60,768 nt of DNA from Parcubacteria group bacterium. Its GTDB lineage: Bacteria; Patescibacteriota; Minisyncoccia; Moranbacterales; UBA2206. The notes under the pieces were generated by a model. That model was not told the DNA's origin. It made no database searches and saw only the letters and a list, made by a program, of their open reading frames with translations. Numbering within the stretch: the first letter of the stretch is position 1; every line of letters starts with the position of its first letter. The DNA lies in NCBI GenBank assembly GCA_041661275.1, contig JBAZUU010000006.1, positions 1 through 60,768 on the forward strand, in the 5' to 3' direction. This document shows, piece by piece, positions 48,607 to 57,923 of the stretch. The translations under genes and the position numbers were made by a program.

Positions 48607-49834
48607 AAATATGGTCTTTATAGATCTGCTAAAAGAAACCCTTTGGTCGCTCACCGGAAATAAAGTAAGATCCAGCCTTACTATTTTAGGTATCATCATT
48701 GGAATCGCTTCGGTCATCACTATGGTGGCCATTGGACAGGGCGCGCAAAAATCCATTGCAGCCAGTATTGAATCCATCGGATCTAATCTCATTCTGATTC
48801 AGCCGGGCTCTGAACGAATCGGCGGAGTAAGCCAGGGCGGGGGCAGTTCACAGACACTTACTATGGAAGACGCCGATGCCATAAAAAACGAAGTTCCTAA
48901 CGTGAAAGCTGTCGCTCCAGCAGTCACCACTAGAAAACAGGCAACTGCTAACGGTAATAATACCAATACGCAAATAATAGGATCTACTACCGACTACACT
49001 ACGGTCAGGAATGTTACCATAGACACCGGTTCATTTTTTACCGATCAGCAAATTGCCAGCTCTGCCAAAGTGGCGGTTTTGGGGCCGACAGTCAGGGATG
49101 ATCTTTTTGGAGCTAACGCCAACCCGATTGGGCAATATATAAAAATCAACAATGTCCAGTTTCAGGTAATAGGCATGACAGTGTCCAAGGGCGGAACAGG
49201 ATTTTCCAACCAGGACGATGTGATATACATTCCCATAACCAGCGCCGAACATTATATAGTGGGAGAAACGACCTATGTCAATAACATCAGTGTTTCGGCC
49301 GTCGATCAAACTTCCCTGGATTCAGTTCAGAGTCAAATTTCTGATTTGCTTCTTGCGCGGCACAAGATATCCGATCCGACCCAGGCTGACTTTAGTTTGA
49401 TCAACCAGAGCGATATAATCGCCACCGCTTCTAGCGTCACCGGGACATTTACCACGCTTCTGGCTTCCATTGCCGGAATATCTTTGCTTGTCGGTGGTAT
49501 AGGTATTATGAATATGATGCTTACCACCGTCACCGAAAGGACGCGCGAGATCGGTCTGCGAAAAGCTGTAGGCATAAAAAAAACATATATAAATATGCAG
49601 TTTTTGTCTGAAGCGGTCGTCCTGACTTTTTTGGGCGGAGTAGCCGGCGTCATTTTGGGGATGATTGCTTCTCGCGTGGTCACTTATTTTGTGAGCAGTC
49701 TGACCACCAGCATTTCTCTATCAGCCATCCTTCTGGCTTTTGGAGTGTCCGCCGGCGTGGGAATTATTTTCGGATTTTATCCGGCGCGTCGCGCAGCTAA
49801 TCTTAGCCCGATTGAAGCGTTGCGATATGAATAA
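48599..49834 (+). CDS. FtsX-like ABC permease with a MacB periplasmic domain
   Basis: It has an N-terminal TM helix, a large periplasmic domain and a C-terminal FtsX three-TM domain. An alternative ATG start lies at 48611. Confidence 0.85.
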   Translation: MLKNMVFIDLLKETLWSLTGNKVRSSLTILGIIIGIASVITMVAIGQGAQKSIAASIESIGSNLILIQPGSERIGGVSQGGGSSQTLTMEDADAIKNEVPNVKAVAPAVTTRKQATANGNNTNTQIIGSTTDYTTVRNVTIDTGSFFTDQQIASSAKVAVLGPTVRDDLFGANANPIGQYIKINNVQFQVIGMTVSKGGTGFSNQDDVIYIPITSAEHYIVGETTYVNNISVSAVDQTSLDSVQSQISDLLLARHKISDPTQADFSLINQSDIIATASSVTGTFTTLLASIAGISLLVGGIGIMNMMLTTVTERTREIGLRKAVGIKKTYINMQFLSEAVVLTFLGGVAGVILGMIASRVVTYFVSSLTTSISLSAILLAFGVSAGVGIIFGFYPARRAANLSPIEALRYE

Positions 49835-49843
49835 ACAAAAAAG

Positions 49844-50482
49844 ATGAGACGCATAATTGAGAAACACAAATTACATTGGTCTAAAAAATCGTTTACCTGG
49901 AGCACAGCTTTAGGGTTTACGTTATTGGCGCTTAGCCTGTTTGTTAATTATTTTGCCAATATTTATACCACTAGCCGTGCCAGCAATGCCGTGACCGATA
50001 TAATTTTGGACAATATTCCGGTATATAACGTGAATTTTATTTTTCTTGACGGTTTTGCCATATTTTGGGCATTTGTAATATTTTTAATGGTTCTTTATCC
50101 CCAAAAGATGCCGTTTACCGTCAAGAGTATCGCGGCGTTTATTCTGATAAGATCGATTTTTATTTCTCTCACTCATTTAGGCATTCCTCCCAACCATTCT
50201 TTTCTGGAACAAAGCGACGCGCTCCATTACACCACTTCCGGCAATGATATGTTTTTTTCTTCCCACACCGGACTACCTTTTCTTATGAGTCTGGTTTTTT
50301 GGAACAATAAAAAATTAAGATACATATTCATCGGCGTCTCTTTGTTTTTTGGTGTCAGCGTTCTTCTCGGCCATCTTCACTATTCTATTGACGTTTTTGC
50401 CGCCTTTTTCATCACTTATGGAATTTTCCATATCTCCCGGGAATTGTTCAGGAAAGATTATGAATTGGCGGAGGAAGTTTAG
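49844..50482 (+). CDS. PAP2_C / sphingomyelin-synthase-like membrane protein
   Basis: It is multi-TM with SSHTG and HYSIDVF motifs. Confidence 0.55.
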   Translation: MRRIIEKHKLHWSKKSFTWSTALGFTLLALSLFVNYFANIYTTSRASNAVTDIILDNIPVYNVNFIFLDGFAIFWAFVIFLMVLYPQKMPFTVKSIAAFILIRSIFISLTHLGIPPNHSFLEQSDALHYTTSGNDMFFSSHTGLPFLMSLVFWNNKKLRYIFIGVSLFFGVSVLLGHLHYSIDVFAAFFITYGIFHISRELFRKDYELAEEV

Positions 50483-50510
50483 ATTTTTTAATAACTATTA
50501 ACTAAAATAT

Positions 50511-50975
50511 ATGAACAACAAAATCATCACAGCGGTATTGGTCATAGTATTCGCGGCCGGCGGATTTTATGGCGGTACGGTTTATGAGAAAAAAAGCCTG
50601 ATTTCTCAAGGCTTGCTTAGAAATGCCAGTGGCGCTCGCGGGCAAGGCGGAAATTTTAGTGGCGGTCAAAATGGCCAGGGAACGCCTGGCGGACAGGGAC
50701 GAAATACGGGCGGACAAAACAGGAATGGCGGCGGGGGATTCGCAACCGGGCAGATAATTTCTAAAGATGACAAAAGCATCACAGTGAAAACCCAGGATGG
50801 CGGATCGAAAATTATTTATTTTTCCAGTTCTACGACAGTGGGAAAATCCGTCAGCGGATCCAGCTCTGACCTCGATACTGGACAATTCGTGATGGTTAAT
50901 GGCACGACTAGCTCTGATGGCAGTATCGCCGCCCAAAATATCCAAATCCGCCCAGACCAACCGAATCAGCAGTAA
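50511..50975 (+). CDS. Membrane-anchored Gly-rich hypothetical protein
   Basis: It has a TM helix, a low-complexity G/Q/N tract and a beta-rich C-terminus. Confidence 0.45.
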   Translation: MNNKIITAVLVIVFAAGGFYGGTVYEKKSLISQGLLRNASGARGQGGNFSGGQNGQGTPGGQGRNTGGQNRNGGGGFATGQIISKDDKSITVKTQDGGSKIIYFSSSTTVGKSVSGSSSDLDTGQFVMVNGTTSSDGSIAAQNIQIRPDQPNQQ

Positions 50976-51086
50976 ACCCTACAAAAACACTTCAAGTATC
51001 CTGCAAACAGCCATAGAAATATCTATGGCTGTTTGGTGGTAGTAAGATAATGCGGGAACAGGGTATAAACATTAAATATCTCGATT

Positions 51087-51545
51087 ATGACAAAAACCAT
51101 CAAAAAATTTTTACTCTCGGCTTTTGTGATCATTTCTTCTGTTTTTTATGTGCTTTTCCAGCGAGTGGGAAATGGGCCAAATTTTTCCAATAACACAGGA
51201 GCAGGACTTGCCACTAGAAATTCCATCTCTCAAAATTCCAGTCCTATGGTTTCTGCTAATGCTAACTATAAAGACGGCCAATACACGGGAACATCGGCCG
51301 ATGCTTACTATGGCAATATTCAGGTCAAAGCGGTCATCCAAAACGGAAAAATAACGGATGTCCAGTTTTTGGATTACCCGCAAGATAGAAGGACATCCAT
51401 TTCTATAAATACTAATGCTATGCCAATCCTGAAGCAGGAAGCGATCCAAGCGCAAAGCGCCAATGTGGATATAGTCACCGGCGCCACTGATACCAGTCAG
51501 GCTTTTCAGGAATCTCTGACCTCCGCTTTGAATCGGGCAGTCTAA
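51087..51545 (+). CDS. FMN-binding domain protein (flavinylation substrate type)
   Basis: It has a TM anchor and a DIVTGATDTS flavinylation-type motif. Confidence 0.75.
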   Translation: MTKTIKKFLLSAFVIISSVFYVLFQRVGNGPNFSNNTGAGLATRNSISQNSSPMVSANANYKDGQYTGTSADAYYGNIQVKAVIQNGKITDVQFLDYPQDRRTSISINTNAMPILKQEAIQAQSANVDIVTGATDTSQAFQESLTSALNRAV

Positions 51546-51549
51546 TGTT

Positions 51550-52287
51550 ATGAAAGAAACAAAAATCATAATGGGTATGCCCATTACGGTGGAAATTAGA
51601 GATAAGAATGTCGATGCGGAAATTTTCAGGAAAGTTTTTTCCTATTTCCAACACGTTGATGAAAAATTCAGTCCCTTCAAAGACACTAGTGAAGTGACGC
51701 TTATAAACGAAGGGAAAATAGGGGAGAGCGAAAGGAGTGAAGAGATGAAGGAAATTTTCCACTTATCGGAAGAAACTAAAAAAATAACTGACGGATATTT
51801 TGATGTTATATCGCCTGAAGGAAAATATAATCCGTCAGGCCTGGTGAAAGGTTGGGCGATTTATAATGCCGCCAAGACAATAAAAGAAGCGGGATTGGAA
51901 AATTTTTTTGTCGATGCCGGAGGAGATATTGAAGCGCGTGGACAATATTGGAAAGTGGGCATCAGAAATCCTTTCAAAAGAGAGGAGAATGTCAAAATTT
52001 TATATATAAAAGATATGGGCGTGGCCACTTCCGGAACGTATATCAGAGGCCAACACATATATGATTCTAAAAATAATAAAAAAACGATCAGTGAAATTTT
52101 GAGCCTCACAGTCATTGGGCCGAACATCTATGAAGCCGATCGGTTTGCCACAGCCGCTTTTGCCATGGGAGAAAAGGGAATAATGTTTATCGAAAAACTC
52201 GATGGTTTTGAAGGATATATGATAGATAAAAATGGCCTGGGAACCGAAACGAGCGGATTTGAAAAATACGCTAAACCAATATTATGA
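51550..52287 (+). CDS. apbE: FAD:protein FMN transferase (ApbE family)
   Basis: It has GVATSGTYIRG, family-typical length, and lies next to an FMN-binding protein. Confidence 0.8.
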   Translation: MKETKIIMGMPITVEIRDKNVDAEIFRKVFSYFQHVDEKFSPFKDTSEVTLINEGKIGESERSEEMKEIFHLSEETKKITDGYFDVISPEGKYNPSGLVKGWAIYNAAKTIKEAGLENFFVDAGGDIEARGQYWKVGIRNPFKREENVKILYIKDMGVATSGTYIRGQHIYDSKNNKKTISEILSLTVIGPNIYEADRFATAAFAMGEKGIMFIEKLDGFEGYMIDKNGLGTETSGFEKYAKPIL

Positions 52288-53810
52288 TGGAATTTATCGA
52301 CAACTATCTCAATCGTACGACAATGTATCGCCTGGTGCTTCACTATCTGGCGTTCCTTTGGGTATGCGCCTTTGTTTTGAGTATTTTTGGTCTTTTGCCC
52401 TATGCTCCCGGCGCGCTAATTCTGTCTACCGCTTTTATTATCGCTGTGTCCTGGATGACTAACACGATTTTTTCCCTAATTTACAAAACTCCCACCAATC
52501 TGGAATCTGTATATATAACGGCGCTAATTTTAATTTTGATCATCACTCCTCCCGGTCCGACTAGCGGCCTTTCCTATCTGGCGTATCTCGCTTTTGTTTC
52601 CGTTTGGGCGATGGCCGGAAAATTCATCTTATCCATCGGGAAAAAACATATTTTCAATCCAGCAGCTCTCGCTGTCGCGCTCGCCGCCCTTCTTGTCGGC
52701 CAGAGCGCCAGTTGGTGGATCGGCAGCGCCTATCTTTTTCTTCCCGTTCTTTTGGGAGGATTGCTTATTGTTCGGAAACTAAGAAGAAAAGATTTGGTGA
52801 TAAGTTTTCTATTTGTCGCCTTTTTATCAATTTTTATATCAGGCTTATTAAAAGGAACAGCGGCGATAGATATTCTTCAAAAGGCTCTTTTTCATTCTCC
52901 ACTTCTTTTTTTCGCTTTTATTATGCTTACGGAACCGCTCACCACTCCGCCGACAAAAATGGGAAGGATTTTCTATGGCGCGCTGACCGGATTTATTTTT
53001 GCTCCCAATTTTCATATCGGTTCTTTCTTTTTCACACCGGAATTAGCCCTTCTCACCGGCAACATTTTCTCATATCTTATCAGTCCCAAAGAAAAATTGC
53101 TTCTTACACTCAAAAAAATAATTCCAGTCGGTTTTGACATGTATGATTTCGTTTTTGTGCCGGATCAAAATATCCGTTTTCGTCCCGGGCAATATTTGGA
53201 ATGGACATTGAGTCATGAAGATCCTGATAATAGGGGCAATAGAAGATATTTTACCATCGCTTCTTCTCCTACTGAAGAAGATTTGCGGATGGGAGTCAAA
53301 TTCTATCCGGAATCCAGCAGCTTCAAACGAGCGCTTGGGAATATGAAAACAGGCGATAGCATCATCGCTTCGCAACTTTCTGGTGAATTTGTTTTGCCAA
53401 GTGACAAAAATAAAAAACTGGTTTTTATCGCCGGTGGAATCGGCATTACTCCATTTCGCAGCATGATCAAATATCTTCTGGACCACGAGGAGTCGAGAGA
53501 TATTGTTCTTTTTTATTCTAATAAAAAATTAAACGAAGTAGCTTATAAAGATATTTTTGATGAGGGTCAAAAACGATTAGGCATTAAGACGGTTTATTGC
53601 CTGACCGACAAAAATCAAAAACCGGCTCTCTGGTGTCGACTCGGACGCATCGATGCTGATCTTATCAGGATGGAAGTACCCGATTACGAAGACCGGTTAT
53701 TTTATATTTCTGGTCCACATGCTATGGTGGATGCCTTTTCTGAAACACTCACACAAATGGGGGTCAGGAAAAGCAATATTATCGTTGATTTCTTCCCGGG
53801 TTTTGTGTAG
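52284..53810 (+). CDS. Membrane-bound FAD/NAD(P)-binding oxidoreductase (multi-TM N-terminus plus FNR-like C-terminus)
   Basis: It has RYFTIASSP (the RxYS FAD motif) and FIAGGIGITPF (the NAD(P) motif) after ~8 TM helices. Confidence 0.7.
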   Translation: MMEFIDNYLNRTTMYRLVLHYLAFLWVCAFVLSIFGLLPYAPGALILSTAFIIAVSWMTNTIFSLIYKTPTNLESVYITALILILIITPPGPTSGLSYLAYLAFVSVWAMAGKFILSIGKKHIFNPAALAVALAALLVGQSASWWIGSAYLFLPVLLGGLLIVRKLRRKDLVISFLFVAFLSIFISGLLKGTAAIDILQKALFHSPLLFFAFIMLTEPLTTPPTKMGRIFYGALTGFIFAPNFHIGSFFFTPELALLTGNIFSYLISPKEKLLLTLKKIIPVGFDMYDFVFVPDQNIRFRPGQYLEWTLSHEDPDNRGNRRYFTIASSPTEEDLRMGVKFYPESSSFKRALGNMKTGDSIIASQLSGEFVLPSDKNKKLVFIAGGIGITPFRSMIKYLLDHEESRDIVLFYSNKKLNEVAYKDIFDEGQKRLGIKTVYCLTDKNQKPALWCRLGRIDADLIRMEVPDYEDRLFYISGPHAMVDAFSETLTQMGVRKSNIIVDFFPGFV

Positions 53811-53834
53811 ACTTTACATATATCCGGAAAAAAG

Positions 53835-55304
53835 ATGAAAAAATATCTTTTTATTTTAGTTTTTTTAGGAATGCCTTTTCTAGCATTTCCTTCTTTTGTT
53901 TTTGCCCAAGACTATGATATTTATGTAGATTCTAGTTATTCTGGTGATGATTCCGATGGCAGTTCGGGAAAGCCGTTTGCAAAATTAGACAAGGCAGCAG
54001 AAAAAGCGATGGAAAATTCTTCCGGTTCGCGTGATATTTATGTTAGAAATGGCACTTACGGGGAAGCGAAAATTGGCAGTTCGGTCAAACTTTTTGGCCA
54101 GAGCAAAAAGGTGAAAATAAAAGGAACTCTTGCTATGTCTAACGGAACACAACTGGATAACTTGACGATTTTTGACGGGTCGCCGGCAATTTTGGCTGAG
54201 AAGAATGCTGATGTGACGATTAAGGATTGCGATGTCGAAGGTTTTGGCGGTATTGGTATTCAGGCGAGTCCTGGAAATGGAAAAATAATTGTCAAAAATT
54301 CCGTCATTCATGGAGGGTCTGGCAAGGGATTTTATATCCAGGAAGGGAGAAAAATGGAGATAACAAACAATAGTATTCACGACAATAAAGAAGAGGGTCT
54401 TGACGTGAGAGCTAGGACAAGTGGGATCATTTCCGGTAATGAAATTTATGGTAATAGCGAAAGCGGGATAGAGTTCATTATTGGCAGTTCTAAATTGCAA
54501 ATAACTGGGAATACGATCAAAAGTAACGGTGCCAGCGCCATTGCTAGTCAGTTTTATTCCGGAGCGAAAAAAGACGGAAAGATTATAATCAAAGGGAATG
54601 TTCTAAATAAAAACAGGAAATATGCTCTGGATTGCGCCATTCCCAGTGGAGGCGACCCGCCGCCGAATTATTGGACAGAGTCTATAGATTTTTTAGAAAA
54701 CACCATTGAAGGAAATAGGATTGATCCTGTCAGCGACTTCTGCCATATCATAGAAGCGGTCGACAAGGAAAAGGAAGAAGAGGATAATAAAATTTCGGAA
54801 ATCAAAGATGAAAATGTTAATGAAAATTTTATCGAAGAAAATCTTGATGTAGCTGTTGAGGAAGAAGTGAAAATGACGCTGGAAAGTATTTATGAAGCAC
54901 AAAGCAAAAGAGAGCCGGTGCTAAACGAGCACATCTCTATGCTTGAATCGAGGAGTTCAGTCCTTGTTTTTTTGATAGGCCCCGACTATTCTAATATAGA
55001 TATCGCCTGGAAAAAAATAGAAGAAATGCAAGTTGATAGGCAAAGACTTTTTGAGTTGCTTGTGAAGACTAAAACCGAAGATAATAAGGAATTGCTGAAA
55101 GAGAAAATAGGCGAGATGAGTGATATCATCAACGCGAAAAAAAGTATAACATTAGAACAAAGAAATAAGTTTAGTCTTTTTGGCTGGGTTTCAAAAATGC
55201 TCTTGACCCCGTCAGAAATCGGTCGAATTTTTCATTCAGTCAGATTTCTGCAAGATGGAGCAAGCAAAGCGCGCGACATTTCGCCACAACGTATCCGAAT
55301 ATGA
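53835..55304 (+). CDS. Secreted right-handed parallel beta-helix repeat protein with a C-terminal coiled coil
   Basis: It has a signal peptide and repeated GNxI/NxI beta-helix turns. The last ~20 codons run into the repeat array and may not be native. Confidence 0.65.
   Translation: MKKYLFILVFLGMPFLAFPSFVFAQDYDIYVDSSYSGDDSDGSSGKPFAKLDKAAEKAMENSSGSRDIYVRNGTYGEAKIGSSVKLFGQSKKVKIKGTLAMSNGTQLDNLTIFDGSPAILAEKNADVTIKDCDVEGFGGIGIQASPGNGKIIVKNSVIHGGSGKGFYIQEGRKMEITNNSIHDNKEEGLDVRARTSGIISGNEIYGNSESGIEFIIGSSKLQITGNTIKSNGASAIASQFYSGAKKDGKIIIKGNVLNKNRKYALDCAIPSGGDPPPNYWTESIDFLENTIEGNRIDPVSDFCHIIEAVDKEKEEEDNKISEIKDENVNENFIEENLDVAVEEEVKMTLESIYEAQSKREPVLNEHISMLESRSSVLVFLIGPDYSNIDIAWKKIEEMQVDRQRLFELLVKTKTEDNKELLKEKIGEMSDIINAKKSITLEQRNKFSLFGWVSKMLLTPSEIGRIFHSVRFLQDGASKARDISPQRIRI
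55247..55290. repeat. Partial F module (right arm only), the first unit of the inverted-repeat array
   Basis: TCTGCAAGATGGAGCAAGCAAAGCGCGCGACATTTCGCCACAAC matches the right half of the F modules at 55950-56005 and 60600-60644. Confidence 0.7.
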
Positions 55305-55313
55305 GAGGTTTGA

Positions 55314-55532
55314 CTATTTTTGCCTGAATTCATCTTCCGTCAAATTGGCTTGGCGCAAAATTGATTTAAAAGTCCCAAAAGGAATTTCTTTCCGTCCAGC
55401 CGGAACTATCACGGTCAATGTTGGGCTTCCGGTTTTCCTGAATTTGGCATGACTGCCTTTTTGTGAAATATAAACAAAGCCCCGTTTATGCAGGACTTTG
55501 ATGATGTCAGAAGATGAATATAATTTAGGCAT
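55314..55532 (-). CDS. hicA: Type II toxin HicA
   Basis: It has the KVLHKRGFVYISQKGSHAKF signature and is ~72 aa long. Confidence 0.85.
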   Translation of the reverse strand: MPKLYSSSDIIKVLHKRGFVYISQKGSHAKFRKTGSPTLTVIVPAGRKEIPFGTFKSILRQANLTEDEFRQK

Positions 55533-55743
55533 GACAGATAGATAGTTTTACAAGTTCCGGCTTTTCAATTTTGGTTACTTTTGGAACTTTAACATCATCA
55601 AAATACAATTCCAATGCTTCGTCTAAAGCGCATAACGCTTCCTTTTTTGTTTTACCAAAGCTGGAAACATCCACATTCAAACACTGGGCAACATAATAAT
55701 TTCCCTCTTTCCAGACTACACTTTTTAAATCAATTTTGCGCAT
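55525..55743 (-). CDS. hicB: Type II antitoxin HicB
   Basis: It has a HicB-like N-terminus (WKEGNYYVAQCLNVDVSSFGKTKKEAL) and overlaps hicA by 8 nt. The start was chosen at the internal ATG. Confidence 0.75.
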   Translation of the reverse strand: MRKIDLKSVVWKEGNYYVAQCLNVDVSSFGKTKKEALCALDEALELYFDDVKVPKVTKIEKPELVKLSICHA

Positions 55744-55884
55744 AAATTTATTGTTTCTATGACATAATACTGCCATAATGGCAAAAATATGTCAAATTTG
55801 CCTGCCTGCCTATGGCGGGGGTAAAAAATGAAATTCAAGTCTAGAAAATACAAAAGTGAATTTCATTTTTTCCTCATATTCGGT

Positions 55885-56005
55885 GTTGTGCGATGTGTCG
55901 CTGCACGTTTGTTAAGTTGGGCTTTGTTTGTTTCGCAGCCCAAATCGCATAGCTGCGCATTCTGCAAGATGGAGCGGAGCAAAGCGACGCGACATTTTGC
56001 AGAAC
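55885..56005. repeat. F module (imperfect palindrome)
   Basis: The arm GTTGTGCGATGTGTCGCTGC pairs with GCGACGCGACATTTTGCAGAAC around a ~79 nt loop. The loop 3' half is shared with the module at 60523-60644. Confidence 0.75.
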
Positions 56006-56117
56006 GTTAGGCATATCCGAAGTTTTTCTGAAGCGTAGCGTAAGAAAAATTTGGGAGAGAAAATTTTGCTTTCCTTAATCTATTATAAAGTGTAAAATTT
56101 TTGAACCGGATATGCCT
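56006..56117. repeat. Variant E module (E'), cargo-free
   Basis: GTTAGGCATATCCG ... CCGGATATGCCT inverted ends occupy the same position relative to the F arms as the E ends do. Confidence 0.6.
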
Positions 56118-56118
56118 T

Positions 56119-56163
56119 GTTATGTGATGTAAAATTCTTTCTTTTTTCTTTTTTTAACTTTGC
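56119..56163. repeat. Left arm of a 45 bp inverted repeat (F' module) enclosing 3.6 kb of cargo
   Basis: The reverse complement of GTTATGTGATGTAAAATTCTTTCTTTTTTCTTTTTTTAACTTTGC matches 59804-59848 with about 4 mismatches. Confidence 0.8.
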
Positions 56164-56186
56164 TTTTATTCTAAATGATAAATAAG

Positions 56187-56248
56187 TTTTTTTGTTTTTG
56201 ATTTTGGGCAGAGGGGTAAGGGGTGAATGCCCAAAATCAAAAACTCCT
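56187..56248 (+). repeat. ~60 bp direct repeat, left copy
   Basis: TTTTTGTTTTTGATTTTGGGCAGAGGGGTAAGGGGTGAATGCCCAAAATCAAAAACTCCT. Its partner is at 57784-57842. Confidence 0.8.
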
Positions 56249-56253
56249 CATTG

Positions 56254-56973
56254 TCATTTTAATATTCGATAAATTTCAGCAAGCAAAACATCGAGATCAT
56301 TTGTAAAATCTACTTGATTAGAATTTGGTAAAACTTCTTTTTTCCTAATCTGTGTGTGTAAATGTGAATCAGAAATTTTTCGCGATGAATTTTCTAAATT
56401 TTTCATTGAATCCTTAAAGCTTTTGCTACCAAAGTTATTAGCCACCTCAGTAAATGTATTTTTGTCAAAAACAGGCGGAACATGGTCAATAATTGCACGA
56501 ACAAGCATTGCGGTTGATAAGTATAACTCGTAATGGAAGGTTGTGTTTAACTCTTCACAAAATCGTATTAGCTTTGAGATATCGAATAATGTGACCCTAA
56601 GTGATTTCAAATCTGCAATCCTTTTAGGATTAACATAATTATATGTACCAGCTTTAGACGTTGCTTTTTTGGTTGTAATTTTTTTGGCGGAATTTAAGGT
56701 TAATTGATTACGTCCATTTTCCATCAGCTTATATCCTTCTGAATTTTTATGCGTCGCCTTTTTATCGTTTTTTAGAGCATATTCAACACCTTGACGCGTA
56801 ACGGTAATGCCTAAATTATTAATCAAGTAATCCGTAATTTCTTTTGTGGAAAATCGTTGTTTATCTTCGCGCTCCAATTCGCTCATCACCCAAAACACCT
56901 TATGTTTTAGTGCCTTAGTATTGTGAGGGTTAATTTTGTCAATGGATTGATACATTTTATTTTCGTATAACAT
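56254..56973 (-). CDS. Hypothetical protein with an N-terminal wHTH-like region. The C-terminal helical domain has an RKISDSH (Rx5H) motif
   Basis: Intact ORF overlapping its upstream partner by 17 nt. Assigning the C-terminus to HEPN is speculative. Confidence 0.45.
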   Translation of the reverse strand: MLYENKMYQSIDKINPHNTKALKHKVFWVMSELEREDKQRFSTKEITDYLINNLGITVTRQGVEYALKNDKKATHKNSEGYKLMENGRNQLTLNSAKKITTKKATSKAGTYNYVNPKRIADLKSLRVTLFDISKLIRFCEELNTTFHYELYLSTAMLVRAIIDHVPPVFDKNTFTEVANNFGSKSFKDSMKNLENSSRKISDSHLHTQIRKKEVLPNSNQVDFTNDLDVLLAEIYRILK

Positions 56974-57631
56974 ATTCCCATCTAGCCTTACCTTTGCCGG
57001 TGGATGGTATTCTCTTTAATATTTTTTTATTAGAAACAAAACCAGTTCTCACCGTTGCATCAATGACACGATCGTCGTGAAATTTTACTTCTTGTTTTAA
57101 TTTTTTTGAAATTTCTTGTATCGTTTTAGGCGTGTCGAAAAACCCACCATTAACTAATTCCTGTATGTCTTTCCCTATGCCTTTTGTTGATTGGCGTTTG
57201 CTCTTGCCTGGTGCATTTTTCATCTTTGCGCCATTCTCTTCTCTGGTGGAAAGTTCGTCAAGAAAAATTTCAATTTTATGAGGCATAATCTGATAAACGC
57301 CCCGCTCTGTTTTTTTTGCAAAACCAGATTTTACAATCTTTGAAAGTCGGGAGCCTATCGCCTCCGTGCTTTCCTGAACTATTTTTTGTATCTCTGAAAG
57401 GGTGGCATTTGATTGTATGTTGCTGTCAAAATTATGAGCTATGAACCTAACAGCTAAGCAAAGTTTTATTTTTTCATCAGATGGAAGATTGTGATTTTCT
57501 ATTAAAATCTGTCCATTCTTAGCAATTTTTGCATATTTTAAAGCTTTTTCAGCATATTTTTGCACCTTTTCTTTTGTATACTCGTCCTCATCAACAATGA
57601 AGCTATTTTTTATATCTTTTTCATTTGTCAT
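56957..57631 (-). CDS. Hypothetical protein with two winged-helix-like segments
   Basis: GFAKKTERGVYQI and KGKARWEYVIRK resemble wing regions. No enzymatic motif seen. Confidence 0.45.
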   Translation of the reverse strand: MTNEKDIKNSFIVDEDEYTKEKVQKYAEKALKYAKIAKNGQILIENHNLPSDEKIKLCLAVRFIAHNFDSNIQSNATLSEIQKIVQESTEAIGSRLSKIVKSGFAKKTERGVYQIMPHKIEIFLDELSTREENGAKMKNAPGKSKRQSTKGIGKDIQELVNGGFFDTPKTIQEISKKLKQEVKFHDDRVIDATVRTGFVSNKKILKRIPSTGKGKARWEYVIRK

Positions 57632-57783
57632 AATCGTTTAATTAGTGTTAGATGGATAATACACTAATTCTAAGGCAATACATAATTATTGTCAAGTATT
57701 AAATTTTATATTATATGTAATATGAAAAAAACAGCTTGTTTTATGCTGTTTTTATCTTATAAATGTGTCTAAGAATATTTGAT

Positions 57784-57842
57784 TTTTGTTTTGGTTTTTG
57801 AGTAGAGGGGTCAGGGGCGAATGCCCAAAATCAAAAACTCCT
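57784..57842 (+). repeat. ~60 bp direct repeat, right copy
   Basis: TTTTTGTTTTGGTTTTTGAGTAGAGGGGTCAGGGGCGAATGCCCAAAATCAAAAACTCCT. Confidence 0.8.
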
Positions 57843-57923
57843 TAATTAGGTTATACATCATTTGTGTATTTCTAGAAAGTTGTGTATACTAGAGTTAGCA
57901 GAGAAATATTTATATATACAACT

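Larger units (their letters stand above)
55291..55883. repeat. E module carrying hicAB between its terminal inverted repeats
   Basis: The left end GTATCCGAATATGAGAGG and right end CCTCATATTCGG match the cargo-free 133 bp E module at 59849-59981. They share the inner hairpin halves TTTTTGCC / GGCAAAAA and the AAAAAATGAAATTC/GAATTTCATTTTTT hairpin. Confidence 0.75.

Noticed and set aside
52604-53137. 177 aa + strand ORF and the ORFs at 52594-52782 and 53070-53486(-) overlapping 52284-53810
   Set aside because: They are out-of-frame shadows of the membrane oxidoreductase gene, which has clear FAD/NAD(P) motifs.
55828-56010. 60 aa ORF 55828-56010(+) and ORFs 59794-59997(-), 59952-60185(+), 60566-60763(-)
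   Set aside because: They are made entirely of repeat-module hairpin sequence and vary with indels between repeat copies. They are unlikely to code for protein.
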